Assembly (NCBI GenBank): GCA_030141605.1 | Contig: JAQGDQ010000192.1 | Coordinates: 348,282-412,281 of the forward strand | DNA: 64,000 nucleotides | From: Tubiluchus corallicola | Taxonomy: Eukaryota; Animalia; Priapulida | Reading direction: 5' to 3' | Shown: positions 56,370-64,000 of the stretch, one piece after another | How the letters are laid out: each line of letters opens with the position of its first letter | Numbering within the stretch: position 1 is the first letter of the stretch | Program-made: the position numbers and the translations under genes | Notes under the pieces: generated by a model | Told to the model about the DNA's origin: nothing | What the model saw: only the letters and a program-made list of their open reading frames with translations | Databases searched by the model: none

Positions 56370-56560
56370 ACTAAAAATTTTCCAATACTTGAGAATCACC
56401 ACGACTTTAACTTGCACAGGAAATAGGAAAAACAATTTTTGCAAAACTCTAAGTATTACAATTATTGCGAAACACGCAATGGCAGAGTGTTTGGAATAAA
56501 TCATAAAAATACTCTTGAATGTGTCAGTTCGACAAATGGATTTTCTGCAACATTTTGATT
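56370..56560 (+). mobile_element. Possible hAT transposase C-terminal remnant
   Basis: IFAKL*VLQLLRNTQWQ weakly resembles the FSKLKLIKNYLRNTM.Q dimerisation motif. Confidence 0.25.
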
Positions 56561-58849
56561 GAATATTTCAATTACTAATGTGCGGATATAATAATACATT
56601 GGGGTGTGCAAATTACATTTACAAGCGCCAATGTTCTAAACAATTCTGCCATTATAGAATCATGTTGGACTGGCAGAAGAGCAAAATTATTGAAGTACAT
56701 GTAACAGGTAAAGGGGATACTGTAGTAACAACTTCTTTTGCAGAAGTAGTGTACTGCAAAAAAGTTGAATCCATGTGAAAAAAAATCAGTATTGCCAACT
56801 AACACGTAAATGTCGTGTTAATTTTTGTCATCTGCTGAAGAATCTCTTCGTAGGCAAAGGCAGAAACAGAAACAATATTTGTTTACCATTGCACATTTTA
56901 CCAGACAACATTAGCACTAATGGCTATTTAGTGACACTTACAACAATACAGGCCTAGACGCACACACAAATAATGAATAATGAATCAATAACATAGACGA
57001 GGATGTTAGTGTGGAGTGTGAACCAATCTTTGCTCAATGCTCAACATGGTAGCAGCAAGCAAAACTTTGACTTGTTAACTCGTTGATTTCAACCTGCTCG
57101 CAAGGTATAAAATCTGTTCACCTGTCATTCTTTCTTTATTGAATATTTGGAGGTGCCAATCATGCAAAAAGGTTTTACTTTTTACTTTTATCCTGTTATT
57201 CCTAATTTTATTGTCTGTTATGAAATTTGCTGCTGTGGTCGCATTCGTTATTGTAATATGGAAAAATACAAACGCCACGTTTTTATTTCAACAAGCAAAA
57301 CCGTATAAAAATGGTAACATAACTTGGGAAATAAAATACGGAAATACGATCATTTTGACATTTGTCCTTACAAATGTAAAGTTTTTTTACACACATCCGT
57401 CAGAAGTCTTAATAATTGGCAAATGCATGTAGGAAAATTAATAGAGTTGTTCTTGCTGAATTTTAAAAATCAAGTTTTATCGTTGTTTATCGTTTGCGTC
57501 TTCTATTAATTTTTGACTATAGATAAAATTTTAGACATAATGTAGAATTTGACTCAGATTGTAATACAGTAGTAAAGAAAAACGTTTCCTACGTATTATC
57601 AAGACTTCTTATCAATACATTCCATTAGCCTTTTTATCCACTCAATTTTTTCCCATGTAACATACATTGAGAGCAATGGTTTCGTTGCAAAGTGAATACG
57701 TGAATCCATGTTCAGAGAAGCGGAATTCATATTGAACTGCTGGTGGCGCCAGGAGGTGTTTCAAGCCAATAGAAACGGGGGCGGAGCAGCCTAATGATGG
57801 TTTCCACTTAACTACAATAAAGCACAGTTGAACTAAAAAACACTGTCGGTCATTGTTGTTTGTTAAATCCGGTTGAAAGAAGTTTAGATAGTTTGCAAGG
57901 CCCAAACTAACTGAAGCAGGATTCTATAGAAAATTTAAAAAAAAAGATATGACAGAGAAATGAACCAACGGGTGTGTGAATTTTAAGTCAACAAGTCAAT
58001 AAGAGTCTAGATATTTGCAGAAATGTAGTTCAGAAAATTCGGACTTAAGCTATTGATATTTTTAGGGTGACATGTAACATGAAAATTGGTTTGTCTCCAT
58101 TGCCATACTTTGGTATAAAAGGTAGAGGTTGTACATAGTGGGGCGCTCAAGCGCCTGCGCTGAGATACGGTATAATTAATTTTCTAGCGACAGGATGGTG
58201 TCTGTTAATGTTTTTCCTGATTCTGACTCTTGCATCGGGCGAGGTTTTATTTTCAGGAAAGCAATTTATAATGGACATTTCTACAGATAAGAAGCCCTTG
58301 GAAAAATTGACCTTATGAGCAGGTGTTCTGCAGCTAAGATTGTACCGATTGCTAAGACTATGAGAAACGCCAGAAAAACGGATACTACAAACAAACTGTG
58401 GGCGCTTGGGAACCGAAAGCGAGACACGAGAAGTAGTGATACAAGAGGCTTACTTATTAAAAGATGACGTAGTAAGAGACTTAATGAATTTCGATCAGTA
58501 AGGAACTGCAAGGTTGAACCGAATCATGCCAAAACTGTTTGATGACACAGTTTTGCATTTACAATCTGTTTGGTGGATTTAAGATAATACACTGACGTAC
58601 CAGGCCACGTGATATATATTATAGTATAGTTAGTTTATTATAGTGTCGCCTTTCAATTTATAACAATTTTAAACACAAAGGTACGACACTTACAGTAAAA
58701 TAAAAGCCATTCTATCGACGGAGTTATGAGACACCTTAAAAATCATTAAAAACAATCATTTTACGTATAAATTAAAACTGTCATTAAACAAACAAACATT
58801 TACGTCGACAGTGCAATAAAACATATTTTTCAGACTCGACCGCTAACTG

Positions 58850-59780
58850 ACCACAATCTTTGATCTTCTGGGATATTAGTGTACCTTCCAATTTCTGACA
58901 TAATGGGGGCAAAACCACATCTAAATTTGGCTAATGCACTTCTGTGGCTAATATACTTGATACATATAATTCAGTGTTACAGTTCTTTTTAAAAAGTTTA
59001 TAGGACCTCAATTTATTACGGCCTCGTATGTTTGAGTACACCTGGTTAACTTTTTGATATTAGCTTTGCTCTTCTTTTTCAAATATTACTAGATCGACAT
59101 CAGAAATATCTTCTTTGATAAATGAATACTGATTCAGTATTCATTTATTACTAATTATTACATAAATGTGACATTTCAATGTCCCTGAAAAATGACAATA
59201 TGTGGTAGATCCAGCTTTTTTTATTTTTCTCTGCATACATCTTACCCCATAAGAAAATACGTTTACACAATCTATCCTCATTCATAATAAAAATTCTACA
59301 CCACTGTTTTGTAATGCAAACCCATTGACGGTGCCACATGATTTTCCAGCCCATGTCACCCTGCAAAACTGCATTTGGTGTGTACTTCCCAACACCCATA
59401 TAAAAACGACATGCACGATTATAGACAGCATTAACACAGGAGTAACTATGATTACATATACATGTAGTATTCCATGCAATATCAAATGTTCGATTTGTAA
59501 AGATAAAGCTCTAGCTTCAGAAATTATATTATTTCGAGCACGACTTTTTCCGATGTTTTCTAAGCCACTTCTGTAAGATAAACTTCACATCTAGGATCGT
59601 AACACAAGTCAAGACTAATGTTTGTTAGTAAATGGACATAAGTCTGATGAGAACAAGAAGGCAACCTAATATACAAATTAATAAACAGCACAAACAAAGT
59701 GAGGTTTATTACAGAACATTGAAGAACACCTGCACTGATTTCATAAGCAGAAGATGACAGGTCCTTCATCAACAAATTGC
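58850..59780 (-). mobile_element. Decayed LINE ORF2 (RT and C-terminal region, L2/CR1 group)
   Basis: ISAGVLQCSVINLTLFVLFIN; MGVGKYTPNAVLQGDMGW...MNEDRLCKRIF; KLRSYKLFK; HRSALAKFRCG...EIGRYTNIP. Confidence 0.85.
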
Positions 59781-61429
59781 ATTATAGGATTATTAAGATA
59801 TGATGATATTTAGACGAGAGCACTGCCATTGTGGAGTAGGCCTTTGTCCTAGACTTCATTAAAAGTCTTGGAGATGTCAGTAACTATTAACATATCTTCG
59901 CCTTGGCACTCTAAAGGTCTATTAGGTGCTCGATGATTAATGATAGCACATCAGCAGTGAAGCATACTTAATTAATTTCAATTCTAGAATGCACGTGCTA
60001 TTGCATACTTTCTGTCTGGCACTAGATGACGGATATATACGTAGAATGGCATACAAATTATGTGAACTCTTTTAATGCGTGAAACCAAAACTTTAAATAA
60101 CTACTAACATCATTTTACACTCATTCATCATGTATAAAATTTGAATTTGAAAATAAAAATACGAATCATATAGGCTTGTAACAGCTACAACAAAGAATGG
60201 AATAAACAACAATGCTTATTTCCTTCTCGGTCTGTGACATTCTTGAGTTGTATATGTTGGCCATTGTCGTGATCGGGCTGATGTAATCTCTCCCAGACAA
60301 GTTTTCAGGTAATTTCTCATAGGATATTTATTACATATAGAATTTGCAGAAGGTATTTGAACAGTCCTCAATCAAACGTTATAACTCTTGACGAATAACG
60401 TTGTAAAACTAAACACAACTATTACAAAATGCAATAAGAAACAATACACAATCGCAACGAAAAATATCAAAAATTCTTAATGACCAACGTACTAATAGTG
60501 TACAGAGGGACACGGCAGACGTTATAAGATCCTAACTTTGTTACCTATATCGTTGCAAATTTGTAAAGCTTGTGACGTTTTTACACATACAAACATTATA
60601 ACAGCGAAAGCGTTATAACGCCCGAAGATAAATTCTAATGTTGCATAACTAATGCATATCCATGTTATAAATGTGCATCGATAAAATGTTGCAACAACAA
60701 ATGTTTACATTTTCATGAACGTAACCATTAGACCAAGTAACAATGATTACGAATTTTATTTCTGTCATTTCTCGTAACCAGTTCGAAGGCTTATCGTAAT
60801 TATAGTGTGATGCAGTATGTATTATTGCTGTCTGTTGATGCTAGTGAATCGGCGAACCAAAACTGCGCAAAGAAACTATTGACGGCAAGGCTTAAACTGC
60901 GATTTCGCAAAATGTTAATAAATCGTACACTTATGTGCATGGTAATTATCTAATGGGTTTGCTGCAAAGAAAGTAGTTGTTGTTGGAAATGCATAGAAAA
61001 CACGAAGATCAATTACAAGCACTTAACAATATATCGTTTCAAATAATTATTATCAAACAGTTATGCATTCACACTGCTACGTGGTCACAAAACTATCAAA
61101 AATGCGATTTTGTCTTGTGACAAAAATAAGTTCAGATAACACCATACATTATTATATTTACAAAGCTTGGCATGCTAAACTGACAATCTATGTGTTTAGA
61201 TTAACGCCAGGACTTCACAGGGCAGCGACTTTTTTGGAACGTTTTAAAAAACTTTTAGAGTTTGTTTAACGATTGTTGGACGTAGAAATTTTAGACTTGT
61301 GGAGAAGAGCCATGAGAATTAATAACACGGATACTGTTGAAGATTCTCTTTGTTCTTTATTAGTTGGTAAAACTTCAGTGTAATGTTTTAGCTTACAACT
61401 CAACCCATTTTCAAACTATAAATGACGTG

Positions 61430-61690
61430 ACCTCAGATAGACCAGCACGCAAGCCACAAGCCCACATCTAGAATAGAAAGAAACGGACCCATATTAATAA
61501 TTAGAGGTAATGCAAACCGTGAGAAAACCAATCCACAGACCTCGGCGAAACCTTATTTGGTTTGTTGCATAATACATCATTTTTTGCTACATAACGATTG
61601 TAACATATCACAGAAGCAAAACTTTTACCTAATGATGCAAAATTCGTTACATAATAACTAATTTTCTGATTTGTTACATAAGGAACTTTA
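61430..61690 (+). mobile_element. Solo arm of the 27286-28237 foldback family
   Basis: cccacatctagaatagaaagaaa...cataatacatcattttt...aatgatgcaaaatt...ggaactttaa matches the right arm at 27990-28240. Confidence 0.65.
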
Positions 61691-63199
61691 ACATACGCTT
61701 AGACTGCTCACCAAAAATCGAACAAAATGACTCAGGCCAATCGTTCAAAAGACAAATTAAAAATGGCTGCCAAATATGCCTGCTCCTAGTCAAAATTGAG
61801 TAAAAGCGTTCATACTGTGCACAAAATCGGTCTCTGTGTCAAACAAAAATCGCTACAAGCATTTTCAAATGTTTTTCTGGTCATTGCAGTAGCAACACTG
61901 ATTATTGTTGAATCCACTTTTTCCCTCGGATCTCTGAGCTTTTGCAATCCTTTACCAGAAAATAATTTTACTTTAACTATAACGTCACACATTTCAAGAA
62001 GCATGTTGTTTTGTGGTTTTCAAAGCTATCAGACTGAAAAGTTTTTTGTTTATTTATTTTTCATTTTACCCAAAAATCTCGAAATTCTGTTAATGCAGCT
62101 AGAAACAAACGATTTTAATTTATTTTAGTGTTGTTGTAACTTGTAGGATCGACTTTTTGCTCCTAGCTGTAAAAATAAAATGCAAAGGTTAAAATGTCAT
62201 ATCACAAATGATAATTATTCCATTTAAGGCATAGGTGATAACAAATAGGTTGGACGTCACACGTCTCTACTATTATGAGGTAGTATACAATATCTAAGTT
62301 TTAACTGTAACAACAACATCAACGACATTTTAGTTTATCTAATCAAGCATTTTACGCACTTAATATAACAAACTACATGTGCTGTGTACAGATAAGTACA
62401 CATGAATTGTTTTTCATGGAAACTTCCTGAGCAAGCTTATATAGATCTATCCTCGAAAATCCAGTTTGGCAGGTATTCGAGAACAACTTTATGATTAATT
62501 AAGAACCTAATGGCTTGTAACATTAAGTTTACTAAGCAACCCAGTTAGTTTACATAGATTTAAATTATTCTAGTACAGTGTATAATCTATTTTTACATTC
62601 ACGCATGCAACACACCTTAACATACAGTAAAGGTTATAAGATTAATTATATTCGATATGCCATTTCCGTCACTTCGAATAGACGAAAAAAGTTGACTTGT
62701 CCTTTAATAATATCAACAACAATATCATGTAATATTAAAGTAGACTTTCATTCATTACAAGTCTTGTATTATCAATTACTTTTACAATTCGTAGCGTTAA
62801 CTTTACTCAGTAGGTGAGCTAAATATTTGATTACTTTTGTTTTGTTTTTCTCAATTTAATATTTCAACAAAACGCAGAGTCAAATTAATCTTTACAAGTA
62901 TATAAATTAATAAACAGGCTAAGTTTTGAGCAGCGTGAAATCCGGACCTTGAAAACAGGTTTCTCGTAGTCACAATTGTTTTGTAGAAAAGTCTTCAGTA
63001 TACCTGTGGCGTTATAAAGTTTAACTTTCATGGTTCACATCCGGAATTCATTGTACTGTTAAACTGCATGCTTAGAAATTAATCACTGCTCTATGATTGC
63101 TGTAGTCGATATTGCTTCCGTCACATTGTTCCTCTTTTAGTTGGCGTTTCTTCTATGCAGCCTTATGAGTCTGCTTTGGCGATGACTCATAATTAGAGC

Positions 63200-63720
63200 T
63201 TGAAACGGTTACTCCTAACGGATGTAAAAAATTAAGGCTTCTATTTAATGATCCCCCTTGATTATTTTACAGGCAGTGATCTAATTAGTACATCAGGAGA
63301 AACATGTAATTTAGTAATCTGGCCTAATCCCACTGACAGCGTGGTAAATTATGATTGCTCACTTTAACGATTTCATGTAATGATGGTACATAAGAACACG
63401 TCACCCTACTTTGATGAAGATCGCTAATATGGCGTTCTCTACGGTATGGAAGATATTCTGATGTCCAGCGTTGCCAGAACATCTGAATTAATTCCTGCCC
63501 TTTCTTCCATAACCTGACGAGGTTTTTCACTGTGACCTTCTTTCCAGTGACGAAGTCAGTTCTTTGATTCTCACTTCCAGCAAAGTAGATAGCACTGATT
63601 TAAAAAGTGAGAGCGGATTAGTGCATAGCCAGAGTTAATATCGTAAGAGTCGATTATTAGTGGTAGCCTCAGCTTCGGTAAGAAGAGAGACTTCACTTAG
63701 GTCCCCAACAAATTGGCCTT
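63200..63720 (-). mobile_element. BEL/Pao LTR retrotransposon integrase C-terminal remnant
   Basis: WKKGQELIQMFWQRWTSEYLPY..RERH...NLPRCQW.. (DUF5641-type region), with stops and frameshifts. Confidence 0.85.
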
Positions 63721-64000
63721 AACGCTCCACGACTGACTATATCCTCGTCTTAAGGACCCAGCTCAGCAGCGGAGGTAGTATACCCCTCTAGTAACCTTTG
63801 TTGATCTAAAAGTTGCCATTAACTCCTTTGACCACGATATCAGCCCTGTATCACTTGGGTCCAGCAGTAGACATTGATGCGACTTCTTGCAAACACACGA
63901 ACCTCACTAATGACAGACTTCCTTCAGTGGGCTGGTTGATGCGATCATTTGGATGGCCAAACACTCAATACGTAAAGTTAAACACAATATTCTTCTCTAA

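Noticed and set aside
58257-58497. Coding exon bounded by ttttcag and gtaagg
   Set aside because: All three frames contain stops and no product is recognisable; at most it is a non-coding exon.

Overview
AT-rich metazoan (invertebrate) genomic DNA with GT-AG spliceosomal introns; there is no prokaryotic operon, CRISPR array or rRNA. Bases 1-13.2 kb hold the 3' half of a SERCA (ATP2A) Ca2+-ATPase gene on the + strand: 11 consecutive phase-consistent coding exons plus an alternative terminal exon. The gene gives either a 2b-like hydrophobic tail (read-through) or, by splicing, an unusual 43-aa Gly/Pro-rich tail that the ORF track misses. A nearly intron-less TMTC4 gene (3 coding exons, about 855 aa) lies tail-to-tail with it on the - strand (14.7-21.2 kb). 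From 21.3 to 64 kb the window is mostly a patchwork of MITEs, tRNA-derived SINEs, decayed LINE/BEL remnants, minisatellites and microsatellites. It also contains one candidate orphan gene (43.1-44.2 kb) for a secreted protein with a signal peptide and dibasic sites. All calls are by eye from the sequence; no database search was run and repeat boundaries are approximate.
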